A stretch of DNA of 64,000 bases from Octopus sinensis (Eukaryota), in contig NC_043001.1 in the NCBI RefSeq assembly GCF_006345805.1, forward strand, positions 25,172,001-25,236,000. The letters run 5' to 3'. A program made the translations under genes and the position numbers. This document shows, one piece after another, positions 35,658-50,709 of this stretch. The notes below the pieces were generated by a model. That model searched no databases, was not told where the DNA came from, and saw nothing but the letters and a program-made list of their open reading frames with translations. The number at the start of each line of letters is the position of its first letter. Positions within the stretch are counted from its first letter, which is position 1.

Positions 35658-35885
35658 TTAACCCTTTCATTACTGTATTTATTTTGAGATGCTCCATGTT
35701 TCTTTCAATTACTTTAAATATTACAAAGAATTTAGTAAAATAACTTAGTTATCATTAAGCTAGTGTTAGGAACATAAATTGTGACTAAGGTTTGGTGGAA
35801 GATTTTAATTCAAATCTTATGAAAACAAGACATTTGTACTCGGAGCCAGAGCCGGTTTCAGCCAGGTTGGTAATGAAAGGGTTAA
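35658..35885 (-). mobile_element. piggyBac-type TTAA MITE
   Basis: TTAA at 35658-35661 and 35882-35885. Reverse complement of 25264-25496. Confidence 0.92.
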
Positions 35886-37565
35886 AGATGAGACCATATA
35901 GTAGCTAAACATTAATACTAAAATTTAAAAAAAAAAGAAGCTACTAAGAAATTAACTGAGTTTGGTTTGCTTCTTGTGCAATGTAAACTTGAGGCTAGGT
36001 TGAGTATCAGTTGAGAAATAAATTGACAATCACAACTACAAATTAGTGTTTTAAAAAGAGATGATTGAACAGTTAAAGCATGTTTGTTTGGTGAAAAATT
36101 GATGTGAGCTGGTAGTAGAAGACAGCTGAAGTAGGGTTCGGATGGAACAATCATGTAATGTCAGAACTTTGATATTAGGACTTAGAACATGATTCAGAAT
36201 AGTCGGTTGTCAATATATGTCACTGTATTCTTCACCAGTATGAGTATTCAATTAATGACGATGACTCATTCTAGAGGAAAACAACAAATTCATGGAAGTT
36301 AAGCTAAACCTTTCACTTAGATGATCTCAACCATTCAACTATTTGATAGCACATGAGATTCTTATTTTTAAAACCATGTGATTTCAAATAATCATTATAT
36401 ATGTATTTTATATTTATAAATGCTCTTTTATTTCATTATCCACATACCATTGAAGTCAAATTGTCTGATATTTTCTTTTCATCTTTGAGCTAATGATTTT
36501 AACCAGTTGTTGCCTTGATATTGATTACAATTTGATAAACTTAAATTGTTGTTTATATTTATAACATAGTAGCTAAAAATTGTGTATATTATGAGCTTTT
36601 ATAGCATCATCATCATTTCTATACTAGCATGGATTAGATGGTTCAACAGGAACTAAGGAACCTAAGGGTTGTGCCAAGTTCCAGTTTTGGCATGATTTCA
36701 ACAGCTGAAATCCTCTCTAATGCTGACTGTTTTACAGAGTGTATTGGGTGCTGTAATAGTGCATCACTGCATCCACTGTTTGTTGGCAATTCCCTACTCC
36801 TGGCAGTATGACACCTTTGCACCACTCGGGTACAACCCTCCAACCCATGGGTCTGTTTGGGTAGTCGATGCTGGGGAGGGTTTTACAAAGTCATAATGCA
36901 AATCCTACCTCAACCTCTTTTAGACACCTTTTATGACACCCAGAGGGAACAGCCCTTTTTATTTTTTTGACATGCTGGTCCCCACACAACACTATTTAAC
37001 AGTTATGCAACTATTAACTACAGCTGTTAAATTTGGTTGTAGTGGTGTTAGTGAGTTATTTAGAGCTGGTTACTGCTGTTTAGTGACTCTACTGGTGTTC
37101 ACTGCTTGCCAAAAGTTCAGATAAAATTAATATTAGCTTTTGTGCTTATGTTTTCTTACCTTTGCCACAGCCATAATTCTAATTTTGACTAATTATGATT
37201 TCAAAGTTGTCACCACCACCTAAGCATTTAGCTAATGTTTTCTTTTTCTTCTTACCTATTCTATTACTACAATAGTAGCCTGCTCATAAAATGTTGCTAA
37301 TCTCATGCTCTTTCTATGCAGTTACTTCTGACTCACTTGTAGCCCCTCCTCTCATCATCAGTAAGGAGTCTACCACCCATCCTCAAGCCCTATACTAACC
37401 ACTTTGCCCAGCCCTTTTTTCCTCGGAGTTTCACCCCTCTGGAATTCCTTTCTGCATGAGTTGTCATGGTGTTTTCCCCCTTCCTCCTTGCAACCATTCA
37501 CTTCAAGTTCAAGAAGAATATTAACTGCATTGGCCTCACCTTGTCAGTCTCGGAAGGCCTGCAAA

Positions 37566-37770
37566 GTAACTGTATTGGAATTGACTACAGCTGTTTAGTA
37601 ACTGCACTGGAGATGGCTACAGCTGTTTATTAACTGTCGAAGCTGACAACAGCCATGTTGGTGTTGGGTACAGATGTGTGGTTGCACTGATATTAGTTAT
37701 AGGTGTTTATTTGTGCTGGCATTAGTTACAGCTGATCTCATACCACTTCTGCTATGACTATAGTTGTGTT
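37566..37770. repeat. Degenerate minisatellite with about 32-bp period
   Basis: gtaactgtattggaattgactacagctgttta / gtaactgcactggagatggctacagctgttta, then decaying units. Confidence 0.6.
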
Positions 37771-40244
37771 TGAGTTATTTAGCATCTGTGCTCAGCCTTA
37801 TGACAACTCCTCAGCAGATGTATTGAGGCTGTTCAAATCTGTTTCATTATGTTATTGAAGATCTAAAACCAATTATCTACCACATGTTCTTTATGAAAAA
37901 TAATTGAATCATTCATTAGCAAGGACATATGATGTATAAACAAAAGTGAACATTTTCAAAAAGAAAATTTGAAATTTCTCTTGTAATGCTATTAATTATT
38001 GATAACTTCTAGCTTCATTTGACACATAAGGCTTGTAATTTGTTATTGATCTCTTTCGGTAGATAATTATCTTGTATTTGCATTTTATTGACTAAAATAT
38101 TTTCAACAGCCAGATTCTAAATGATTTAAAATTTTTATTGAATTCTCTAAAATTAGAAAACCAGAGAAGAAACAAAATTTCTTTTTTTAAATGAGTGTTT
38201 TTGCTGTATGTAGTAAAGCTTTGAATGCAGTAGTCCCAAAAGTTTAAATATTTCTGAAAGTTTGAAATTTCATTTTTGAAAGAAAATGCAATAAAAATTT
38301 AATAAACTTTGAGCAGTTTCTTTGATTTTAGTGATTGGAAGAAGTCATAGAATTCACACTCTAAAGTTACATTCTTTGAATAGATAAATACAGTATTGGA
38401 AATTTCTATTTGTGATAGTTGTGTCTATAGAATTGCTTATATGTTTATTTGTGATAGTTTTCTATGGAATTGCTTGTCTATCTGACATGCTTTTCAAAAA
38501 CAAAACGAGATTTGTTTCATTCAAAATTTTAACTTCAGCTAATATATTTGCAATAGAAGATCATTTTTATGTGTTTCTATACACGAAAGTCAAATTATGG
38601 CAATGTTTTATTAGTTTTCCAATAATAATTTTTAACAACTCATATCTGTTAATTAATGAGAAGTCCATTAATCTATTTAATCACTATGAAAATTTTGTGA
38701 ACACTGAATTTTTTTTTTTTTTATGTATGTATGTATGTATGTATTTAGGTCAAATCATCTTCACAATACTCATCTTTTTCCAAACTAGACTAGCAGGAAT
38801 TGAACTGTGTTGAAATCTAACAAAACACTTGTCAGTTTTATAGTGCTACTACTTACATCAGTAACCCAATACTACTACATGAAACCTACATACAGACAGA
38901 TGGACTGGGTTATTGAGTTGCTGTGTTACTCTAAGTTGTCTTTAGATGGGTAAATCTTTGATTATATATTCAAGCCATGATCATCTCATATAATTCAGTG
39001 TATCCAACACTGCACTATCCAACATTTCCTTTCCTTTCGAAGACAGTAAGGTGATATTAGAGGGAGTCCCTCTTCAGCTCATGAGCTGTTTAGGCTTTTT
39101 GAATTGGTCATAGACAAGATAGTGCTTGTACCTTTCAGCTAGTAGTTTATATTCCTGTTTCATACTTGTGATATGTGCGGCTTTCAATGTCTGCCAGTAT
39201 TATTTGGTAAATGACTTTCATTTGCTAAAATTAAAGCCAAGCCTCTTTTCTTAATTCTTTCTTTCACAATTTTTTTTCTGTAGTAAATTGATTTTATATT
39301 TGTTTTTTCATCCATTGTGATTTTTCAGAAAAATTTAGAAAACAAAATAGAACAAAGCCCTGAATACTTCTTTAAGAATAGAATAATCTTTTATTGTATG
39401 CTTGTTTTCATTCAGAAGCTAAAAAAACGTATGGTGTTCATTTGAATCTAGGTGATATTTATTAGACTCTTAAATTGTTTAAAATTGATTTCTAGATTTT
39501 TTTTTTTTTCAGTAAGTCAAATGTCTTCATGTCTACTCAGATTTGATTTTCATATTATTTTTGAGTCAGTATCTTAGTTTTGTTCTTAACCATTACTTTA
39601 TTTGGGTTTTCTTTTAAAATACCAGAGGCCTTACAGGGAAGGAAACTACACTAGAACATTTTCCCCGGTAATCTCTGAACAGTTTCACACATGGTTTAAA
39701 GCTCATGTTTAGCTGCATATATCAGCAATTACATGTATCTAAAAGAGAACCCCCCTCTCTCTCTCTCTCTCTCTTTCTCCAATATTAACTACATTATCTT
39801 TTTAATACCTAGCCCAGTATAAAGCTGACTTGAAGCTTTTGTTAAGTAGGTTAAACTGCTATCTGGCAGTAACCTCAAAAAGTGTTTATAAAACACAAAA
39901 TTATTAAGTTTGAAATTTTATTCCCAACCACAGGGTTTCAGGTTCAGTCCCACTGCATGGCACTTGGGCAAAATGTCTTCTATTATAGCTTCAAGCCAAC
40001 TAAAACCTCTGCTAGCTAAAAACTAATAAAAACTTGTCATATATGTATCTATATGAGTGTGAATGCTTGTGTCACCTTGTTTTGACACCAACCCGAGATA
40101 CTTTGCATTGGGATCAAACCTGGACCACATAGTTGTAATGCAGGATTCTTAACCATACAAACATACCTGTAGCCATATAACAAGACATTTTTTGTAGTGT
40201 TGGTATAAATCTCCCTTGGTTTTACCACGGAATCTTGCATACCA

Positions 40245-40640
40245 TTACTCTTTTACTTGTTTCAGTCATTTGACTGTGGCCATGCTGGAGCACCGCCCTT
40301 AGTCGAGCAAATCGATCTCAGGACTTATTCTTTGTAAGCCTAGTACTTATTCTATTGGTCTCTTTTGCTGAACCGCTAAGTTACGGAGATATAAACACAC
40401 CAGCATCGGTTGTTAAGCAATGTTGGGGGGGGGAGGACAAACACAAACACACAAATATATACACACATATATATATACATATATACGACGGGCCCCTTTT
40501 CAGTTTCTATCTACCAAATCCACTCACAAGGCTTTGGTCGGCCCTAGACTATAGTAGAAGACACTTGCCCAAGGTGTGACGCAGTGGGACTGAACCCGGA
40601 ACCATGTGGTTGGTAAGCAAGCTACTTAGCACACAGGCAC
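40245..40640 (-). mobile_element. SINE family A, full length
   Basis: Complete head to (tactctttt) tail. Confidence 0.92.
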
Positions 40641-42589
40641 TCCATTATATAACATATTGCGTGTTCACTCATGGAAATAATATGAGAAACAAACTTTAAA
40701 AATAACAGCAAGACTTTCTTCCTCTGTTAAGTAATACAATGGACAAAATAAACACATCACAGATTCTGGTGGTTGTATAGTTCATTCATTGTTTGGATAA
40801 TTCAACTCTGGCTGCCGTTGGTTACTCGTGCTTCATTATAATGGCAGGAAAATAACTTGTCTTGCCTTCATGAAAATTGCCCACCCCTCTGGCATAGATG
40901 TTTTGTTGAGCCTATATATAAACAGGTAGGCTCCAGCACAGATTCAGATTAGTTGTGTGAGAATGTATTATTCACAATGTGATTGGATCTTCAATCCATA
41001 TCCTGTGCAATACTTGACCAATCAAAGCACAGAATTCAACCAATGTTCTAAACTCACATGATAGATAAGACAACCAATCATTACAAATTAACATGGTGAG
41101 CCTGTAAGAGACTAGTCAACTCCAATATGCTATAATAGAAATTGGTCTCACTACACATTAAAAGATAGATATCCTTCTTATGTAAACAGGAATAAAAATG
41201 GAACATTATTTAGGATATTGTTATATGTTTTCCTTGGTAGTCAAAACAGAATACATCTACAAGAAGAATATTTATTCAAAAATACTGGGGGGTTTTTTTT
41301 GTGGTGGGGGTGCTTATAGAAACTTTGGGTAACGTAATTGTTGTTTGTATGCTGAAGTTACTACTGCTGCTGCTTATAAAATAGGGATCAATTGACTTTG
41401 TTATAGCATTTTCCTTTTCTTTTCTTTTTTTATGGAAATATTTTACATCATTGTTCTTCACCCCCACCCACCCCACACACATTCACAAAACTGCCCACAC
41501 ATACTTGTGTATGGGATTATTATTGACCTATCACAAGAGCCATTAAGTCACCTTGCCCTGCTGTGCTACAGTATGTAGTCAGATTTTTCTGTGGCTTATT
41601 CTGTTATGATGTCAGTAAAACAAAAACAAATAAATAAAAAAAATCTTTGTTTTTGTGAGTATTGATTTTGGTTTTTCCAATTCCTATATCGGTCTCTTGA
41701 TATTTCCATTTCTTCAGTAACTGAATATATATTTTAAAAAATCTTCTTAAAAATATAGTTTGGAGCATCTTAAAAGTTCAAACTTTTATTCAAAAAAATC
41801 CTTCAAACTTTAGTTCCAAATAACTAGCCAAATTTTTGTTTCAAACAACTGTACTAAACTGAACTCTATATTTTTTTTATTTTTGTTAGTTTCAGTCAGC
41901 GTACTGCTAAGTCATATTACCCCCCCCCCCAGTATTCATTCATATTGTTATTTTATTGACCCCTATTTGTTAAACATCTCAGTTACAAGGCAGAAGATGT
42001 CAGTATATACACAGCCTCACACACATCTCATCATCATTTAACGTCCATGTTCCATGCAGGCATAGGTTGAATGGTTTGGCAGGATTCAGTGAGCCCAAGA
42101 ATAGCATCATACTCCAACATCTGCCTTGGCATTGTTTCTATGGCTTGATGCCTTTCCCAACACCAACCACTTTACAGTGTAGTGGTTACTTTTTTCATGC
42201 CATCACCACTTGTAAGGTCACCATACAGCTTGCAAGACTCTGAATCCTGAGTGGAGCGGCTTGTCAATTTTAAGCAAATAGATGAGAGGTTAAAGTATGA
42301 GGAAAGAGGGCAGAACAGGTTCTTTCTTGCAGAGGAGCTACATGGCTACTCATACTTAGAAGTGAGGGTAAGAATGATCACCTGGAATACACACACACAC
42401 TGAGCTTTTGTTCAATTTTTATCTACATCATTCCACTTATAAGGTATTTGTCAATTCGAAACTGCAGTAGTTGACACTTTGCCCAAAGTCCCACTCAATG
42501 ATCGAACTTAGAGCCAAGAATTGTCGAGTAAATGTCTTAATCACACAATTATACTGCTGCCTATTTCTAGTTATTATTTATAATAAATG

Positions 42590-43065
42590 ATGATGAGTTG
42601 GCAGAATCATTACTCCGCTGGAAAAAATGCGTAGCAGTATTTCTTCCAGCTCTTTGAGTTGAGTTCAAACGCTGCTGAGGTCAACTTTTTTACCTTTCAT
42701 CTGGCTTCTGTGCCGGTGGCACTTAAAAAGCACCATCCGATCGTGGCCATTTGCCAGCCTCGTCTGGCACCTGTGCTGGTGGCACGTAAAAAGCACCCGC
42801 TACACTCTCAGAGTGGTTGGTGTTAGGAAGGGCATCCAGCCGTAGAAACATTGCCAGATCAGACTGGGCCTGGTGCAGCCTTCTGGCTTCCCAGACCCCA
42901 GTTGAACCGTCCAACCCATGCCAGCATGGAAAGCGGACGCTAAACGATGATGAACGACTTTCAGGGTTGTTAGAATAAGTACTAGCTGAGCATTGCGGCC
43001 AATATAAACTAATTTATCTCTCCCCTCAAAATCGCTGGCTTTGTGCTGAAATTACAAATATTTAT
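42590..43065 (+). mobile_element. SINE family C interrupted by a family B copy (42702-42952)
   Basis: Core gaggtcaactttttacctttcatc | B | ctttcagggttg resumes after the insertion. Confidence 0.8.
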
Positions 43066-44094
43066 TATGGACCTGTTACATTGTACTCTACATTACAGAG
43101 TTTAACTTTTTAAAGTGTTTCATTCATTATTGAAATATTTTGCCTATTTATTATTGATGACCAAAGGTTAATGGAAAAATTGGCATGCTAATAGAAGTTG
43201 TTGTATATTACCAGAAGTGGTCTTAAACAAGTTTATTAGATTAACTGCAAGGAGAAGGTAGAGTGTAGAGGCTATTCACCATCTGATTGTGTATCACCTC
43301 TGGTAGAGCATTAACTACCAGTGGCAGCATGTGAAGCTTTCAATCCTGGGCCATCTCCTCTGACTGTTCCCACCTCTGTCTCTGCTTCCTGTTACTATCT
43401 TTTTTTAACTGCATGTATTTTTTTTTTCTTCCTGTTTTGGAGTTTATCAAGTTCAGGCAATGGAATATTTCTGTAGTGTGTATCCATTCCCGCTCCAGAT
43501 CCTTTCTGGGGAATTTCTGTTCTCTGCTTATAGAATCTGGGCAGTGGATTTGGAGGAATTTTTTTGAGTCATCTGTTAGTGAATGACTGCACTTTCTAAG
43601 CAACAGCAGTGGTGGCAGCATTATCTCTGAAGCTTCTTGCCCCATACAACAATCACTTTAACTTGAAAGCTGAACAGCTTAATCATTGTGTAAGATTATA
43701 TTTCTCTGAACCTGCAGATGTTATTGAGCTGTAAGAATATACTATCCCCCACCCACCCCTGCAATTCTTATCTTAATATATGTGTGTTTTGCCCTTTGTC
43801 AATAACTTCAATCTGTAAAACTCTTAATTTCCTGTGAAATCACATCTAGCATAAATGGGTTACTACTGGCTTCATTATTAGAGGGAATCTTGGATCAGCT
43901 TCCAATAAAATTTAGGTAGCATTTACTACATTACCATCAAGCTCTATAGGGGTTTATTATTGTACCTTTTGTGTATCCAAGTACATGAAGGTCATATGAA
44001 AATAATTTCAAACCAACAAAATTGAGTACAATGTCCACTGGGTTAAGCTCTTTTGCGTTTTTTTCTTATTTTTTGTGGTTTTCTTCTCTACAAT

Positions 44095-44425
44095 TTGGCA
44101 TTTATTTATTTATTTATTTATGTGCCCTTTTTCAAGCCTAGCCAGGCTCATGGGCCCGGTTTCCCGGTTTCTGTGATGTATGTGTTCCCCCCAGCTGGAC
44201 AGGGCACCAGTCCATCGCAGCGCTACTCAAGAAACAGGAAGAGAGAGTGAGAGAAAGTTGTGGCGAAAGAGTACAACAGGGGTCACCACCACCCCTTGCT
44301 GGAGCCTCGTGGAGCTTTAGGTATTTTTGTTCAATAAACACATACAACGCCCGGTCTGGGAATCGAAACTGTGATCCTCCAACCGCGAGTCCGCTGCCCT
44401 AACCACTGGGCCATTGTGCCTCCAC
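44095..44425 (-). mobile_element. SINE family D (longer variant)
   Basis: Shares head and core with 2488-2707. (ttta)n tail. Confidence 0.88.
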
Positions 44426-45646
44426 TTGTCATTTAATCTCCTTCAAAGTATTCCCCTTTGGAAGCCACACACTTAATCCAGTGCTGTTTCCATTGATGGA
44501 AGCATTCCTGAAACTCATTTTCAGGGATAATCAGCAGCTGCCTCATCAGTCACTTTGATTTCCTTGATATCCTGAAATCTTCTTCCTTTCAAGCATGATT
44601 TAATTTTTGGAAAGAGGAAAAGTTACAAGGGATGAGATCTAGGGAATACGGTGGCTGTTAGACCTGGGGAATGCTGTGCCTAGCCAAAAACTGCTGCACA
44701 AGCTGTGCTGAATAGGCAGGTGCATTATGGTGCAACTGCCACTTATCGGATGCATGCAATTGTGGCTTTTCTGATGAATAGCATTCTGCAAATACCACAA
44801 AACATCACAATAGTACTCCTTGTTTACTGTCTGACCAGCTGGAGCATACTCATGATGAATAATCCCCTTGTAGTCGAAGATAACAGTCAACAGTGTCTTC
44901 ACATTGTTTCAACTCATTTGTGCTTTCTTTGGTCTCAGAGAGGTTGGGGTTTCCACTGGAAAGACTGAACCTTTGTTTCAGGGTCATAGCCATAGACCCA
45001 TGATTCATCACCTGTTATGATCATTTTCAAAAAATTTCCATCCCTCTTGACACAGTCAAGGAGATCTTGTACAACTGTGACTCAAGTGTCTTTTTGATTA
45101 GCTGAAAGTAGTTTTGGCACAAACTTGGCAGACAGTTGTCTCATACCCAGATCTTCAGTGATAATGGTCTGAACTTGAACTGTAATCAATCTGCACATCA
45201 TCTAATAACTCACAGACGGTGATTCGATGATTTTTCCCCTCACAGCTGCATTCACATCTGTGATGTTTTTCTCAGTTCTGCTGGTTGCAGGTCTCCCATC
45301 TTGGAAACGTCTGAACCACTTGTACACTTGTGTGCAGCTCATACACTCCTCTCCATATACTTTCTGTAACTTTGTGTAGGCCTCTGAGCAGATACCATGA
45401 AGCTTTGGGCAAAATTTGATTCAGATTCTCTGCTCAACTTTCTCTGTCATGGTCAATGTGATGATCACACACTACACACCTTCCTTCCAAGCACTGCTAT
45501 AAGCAGCAGAAATGAGCTAGAATGTTAAAACTTAGTGCACATGCACAGCAGAGTTCAAAGTCAATCTTTGCCTAGTGGCTACACTCTGCGTGCTTTAGCT
45601 TTGTTACTATGGCAACAGTCCTGATACTTATTGATCAAACCTCATA
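44426..45646 (-). mobile_element. Decayed mariner transposon
   Basis: Minus-strand KTLLTVIFDYKGIIHHEYAPAGQTVNKEYY and a C-terminal GEYFEGD*. TIR-like tatgaggtttgatcaataag at 45627-45646. Confidence 0.9.
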
Positions 45647-47907
45647 TTGCCCTAATTTCCTACTTCCAACAGGTCATCCTGAGAAGTAGCCAGTCTTTGT
45701 TTTTTGGGGTTTTTTTTTATTTTGTTTTTTACACTGTTCATTAAATGTTGATATGGTAAATGAAAATTTTAGTTTGTAATAATCTATATAAAATACAATT
45801 TGACTATTTGTGAACTGAGGTCATAACTGTGATTTATTACTTAATCTTGTTTACAGAGCGTGAAATTTTCTCTGGAGCTTTTAACTTCATAAGCTTCTAT
45901 GATTAATTACTTGTTTCTTTGAATTAAGAGATCAAGTCACTTTGAGGTCATAAACTGAAGAGGATGGACTTGATAACCGAAACATTGTCTATGTCTTTCT
46001 GTGCTTCAAACTCATGACTCAGTGTTTTCGTTATCTATTCTCTGTTATTAGTTTCCTCATAGTCTGAATTATTTCTTAAACTATGCACCTACATCTAGAA
46101 TGTTCATTTCTCACTTTAGTACAGAAAAATAGGATACTGTTAAGTTCTGTAGGTCAGCAATTGCATAGTAGATTTATTTGTGCTTTTCATGTTTTTTGCT
46201 TTATCAGAAAAAATATGTTGTGGAAATCCTTAGAGAAATGTAAACTGCTAATTGTCTCTGCTTCAACCTGTGCTGTTTGTTATGATTCACATTAACACCT
46301 TCATTGCTTTATCTATTGATAAGTTCTCTAGTTCTCTCTAGTACATTGTTTTGTAGCTTTTAATAGTAGTTCTACTGCAAATGTTATCTTCTCTTTCTCA
46401 GTTTGGTTTCAGAAACATGTAACTGGTACTATGCATTCAACATATGAGCTACTAATCTCATGGGGTCTTCCAGTTTTTCTGATTATAGCCTTAATCACTA
46501 TTTCCTGGCTAATCTCTACATCAAATTCTTAGTTTCGTTCATCATGTGTTACTTCTTGACTACCATTATGGCCATGTTCTCTTTGTCATCTCATAAAAAT
46601 CAGTTTGTTTGCTAAGTTGTAATGAACCACATCGATAGGTTTGGATGCTTTTTGTTTTTTAATATAGTTGTAATATTGTAACTAGTACTTGGAAACTCGG
46701 TGTGGTGCTGCTGCTGGTTTGCTTTCCCGGAAAGCAAGAATCATTGACAGTTTGTGTTTTGAGATTGCTGCATCCTATTATGTTTTAAGTATTGTTAGTG
46801 TTGCTTTAGTAGAGCTGAGTATTTAAAATAACAGTAACCACATATGAATAATTAGCAGGAAGAAGAACTGAGCTTACTTTTTGGGAAAAGATTGATACTA
46901 TCTGGAATAAATACAATGAAGTGATTTGCTAGTTAATTTAATTAAAGGAGTGGTGGCCTTAATAGAATAATGGAGGAGGTGCAGTTTCTTAAAGAATTAG
47001 AAATTAGTGAGTACCAATGGAAAAAGTTTTACTAATCAGTAAAATTGCTTTTTCTTGAATTTGGTGAAGAATATGTGAAACTAAAGCAAGTGTAGGGTTG
47101 GAAGTAACACTCACTTAAGCCTCATATGGTAATTTTTTTTTTTTCTTTAAGTTTCAGCTCAGAGCTGTGGCCATGCTGATGCACTGCTGGTAATTGCAAA
47201 TAAATTTCAAAAAATTAAGAAAATATTCAAGTTCCCAACTCATGTGATTACGTCATAATTACATCGTGGTTAGGAAAAATATTATTTTAATAATAATAAT
47301 AATACTAATAATTATATTGAAACTATCTTAAGAGTAGCTATGAATCGTTAATGAAAATGTTGGCAGGAAACTATAGAACTCTTAGCTTTAATCATAATAT
47401 TTTCTTTTGGTAAAATTACAATACATTCTTTGGTGTAAACTGGACTAACAGCTCTCACAGCAAAAATTAAATCCAGGTTAATTAATCATAGAAATATAAA
47501 TCATTTAAAACATCCATATATTCATTACAAAAATGTAAGGAAGTAACCTCACAATCCACTACTTTCTTTTGCCAAAATTGTCATATAAAGCAAATAATTG
47601 CTCGCTAACTTATTCATTACTCTTGTTTATCATCATTATGTTTAGTGAAATGAGTGAATTATTTCTGCTATTTTATGAAATTCTTTCCAAATATAAAAAG
47701 AATGTTTGTTTCCATTAGCATAGTTCTTTATTTTGTAGACTATCAAACTATACCAGTTACATCATGGAAGAGACATTTTTTGCTGTTGTATTCACTTTAT
47801 ATTCTTTTTTTCTTGAGTTGTCAGAATTTTGGTCACACCTCTATGACCTGATCACTGACCCAGTTCCATTGTTGCTGTGGAAAATTAGCTACTCATGAGA
47901 TTTTATA

Positions 47908-48312
47908 GCCTCTTTTACTCTTTTACTTGTTTCAGTCATTTGACTGTGGCTATGCTGGAGCACTGCCTTTAGTCGAGCAAATCGACCCCAGGACTTATTC
48001 TTTGGAAGCCTAGTACTTATTCTATTGGGCTCTTTTGCTGAACTGCTAAGTTATGGGGACGTAAACACATCACCATCGGTTGTCAAGCGATGTTGGGGTG
48101 ACAAACACAGACACATAAACATATACACACACATACATATATACATATATATGACGGGCTTCTTTCAGTTTACGTCTACCAAACCCACTCACAAAGCTTT
48201 GGTCGGCCCGAGGCTATAGTAGAAGACACTTGCCCAAGGTGCCATACAGTGGGACTGAATCCGGAATCATGTGGTTGGTAAGCAAGCTACTTACCACACA
48301 GCCACTCCTCTG
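47908..48312 (-). mobile_element. SINE family A, full length
   Basis: Complete family A sequence. Confidence 0.92.
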
Positions 48313-50709
48313 CCTATGAGCTTTTGTCTTTTTTTTTTTAATCTTCAGCATATAGATCTCAGTATAGTTATTTGATCATTTGACATGGACACCTATTAAA
48401 GAAGAATTGAACCTAAAAGTGACTAATAGCAGTTACTAAAAAATTTAATAAGTTTTATCATCATAGACATATTAGACAATGTCGCCCTAGATGCGTTGTA
48501 CATAGAAAGAACAGAGGATAGTCTGGACATTCCTAGAATGTTCAATCATAGATCTGTTTAATCAGGGCTAAAGAACAACAAATTCTGAGAACCAAGTCAC
48601 TGAGTTGGATTCTTCTTTGAGTCACCTTATCTGAAAACTCACCACTCTCAGTTCCCTTTTAATTTCATTGTTAACTCGCATTATGTAATCCTGGGGTATT
48701 TTTTCTCTTTCTGGTAGGCTTGTATCTCTGAGGACTATAAAAACTTGCCAGTAACTAATTTTCAACAGTTCCAGTAGAACTATGTCAGTGACCAGGCTTC
48801 AGAGATACAAGAAACATTTTGATGTCACACGGAATAAACAAAAGATGAATTATAACAGTGTTTGTATGATCTTAAATGACTAAAATGGTAATTCCATGAT
48901 GTAAGTGCTTCAGTTTTCACTCAGTCTCAGATCAAGTAACTCATCAGTTACAAATATAAAATGCTAAAAACTAGTTACAAACAAATTTATTTCCTGGTTT
49001 AATAATGTAATTCAGAAAAACAAAAAAAAAAGAAAGAAAGATGTTTATGTATAAATGAGAATTTGATTCATTTTGAGCCAGAGAAAGATTACTTGAACTG
49101 CAATATTCACTTTCAGTTAAGAAAATATTTTAATAAAAAAAGTATGCAGTTCCTTTAAGAGACTATAGTTGCTTTACCATCTACCAAGAGAAAATATAAG
49201 TATTTTTGCAGATGTGTTGGATATTCTGTTTGTAATATCTTTGATCTAAAGTTGGCAAACCTAATAATCTAAGAATTTTATGTGATTTTGAAATTAACTA
49301 AACATGTAACCAAATATTTTTTGAATTTTGATTTTTTTTTCTTCTCTAATTGGAAGATATTTCTGATTTGGCCAATAAAATTAAAGCTTCAAATGCAGGA
49401 TATTTATAATTAATGTTTAACATGTCTAGTATTTACAGATTAATGCAGCTTCATATAAATATATAACTTTATTTTTTCTTTATAAGACCAATTATGTAGA
49501 AGGTGTATAGATTGAATCTGCTTCACTATATTTGCAGTTCTTGAGTCCAGAGTTAAAAAGTAGTATTGATCCTGGAAGGATTTGAATTCAGAATTATTAA
49601 AGGGTAAAACAGAATACTTTAAGGTATTCAATTCAACACTACTGTTAAATTCTCACTGAAGCAGTGAGAATTAACAGATTAAATTGCGTTTTAAGACTAT
49701 ATTATGTTGTAAGCATTATCTTAATGCATCATTATTAGATCATTATTCTAACCATCATTATCCCTAAATTGCCATTTTAGTTTCTACAATCACACCTTTG
49801 CCCACCTCAGATCATATTACTTTCTAATTATTCCCATGCTACCACAACTCATTATCATTATGTAATTTTCAGCTACCCCAGACAGCCTTTTTAATCATAA
49901 TATGCTCTACAAACTCGTGTACCCGTAATTAATCTTCAGAGTGCTTCCTAAAACTTCATATAGCTGTAATGATCATGCTAATTTATATTGTTACATTTAC
50001 CCTTCAGTCATCATGCTTTTTAAAAAGCCACATTTATTCCAAAACTATCATAACATTTACTGCAATTACATTTACCCCTAGTCCTATTCTATTGCCATAT
50101 TTATATAGGAAAATCATTGACTTAAAATTTGATACAAGGAGAATGGAATTTACTATTTGTAAAAAGAAAACATATGAAAATGAATTCATCTTAATTTTAT
50201 TTAACAGAAATTTCTTTATCTAATAATAGGTCTTAAAATTTAAAAAAAAATCAAGCCACAATAGAAAATTATTCTATAGCAGTTTGAAAAGGGAAGAAAA
50301 TCAATAACTTAAGAATGGAAAAACTACATCAATGAAGTTTTGTATAATGTCTTGAAAACTACAAATCTTATTATAAATGTCACATATTCACATTAATAAG
50401 GAAGCTGTAATGATTGTTATTACTTTATGCAAAAATGCTTTGAGATGCTGTTGTCCTAAACAAAAAAGCCCAGTTGCTTGCAACTAATCATCCTTTCCAA
50501 TTTTCTTCTGTGAGTCGGTATGACAAAAGTCTTCACTATTTGTGCAAACAATTTTTTAAAAGTGATTATACATATGTATCTATCTGTCGTCAGAGCAAGA
50601 TCAAGACACTTTGTGCGTAGTAAAGTCACAGCTTTCAATAGATAGGTATTGTGACCTATAATTAATTCAATGTATCTGCAATTCATTTGGCTTTTTCTGA
50701 CAAACCAAC

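Noticed and set aside
43340-43645. 101-aa minus-strand ORF
   Set aside because: No recognisable motif or splice support. Within the chance expectation for ORFs of this size.
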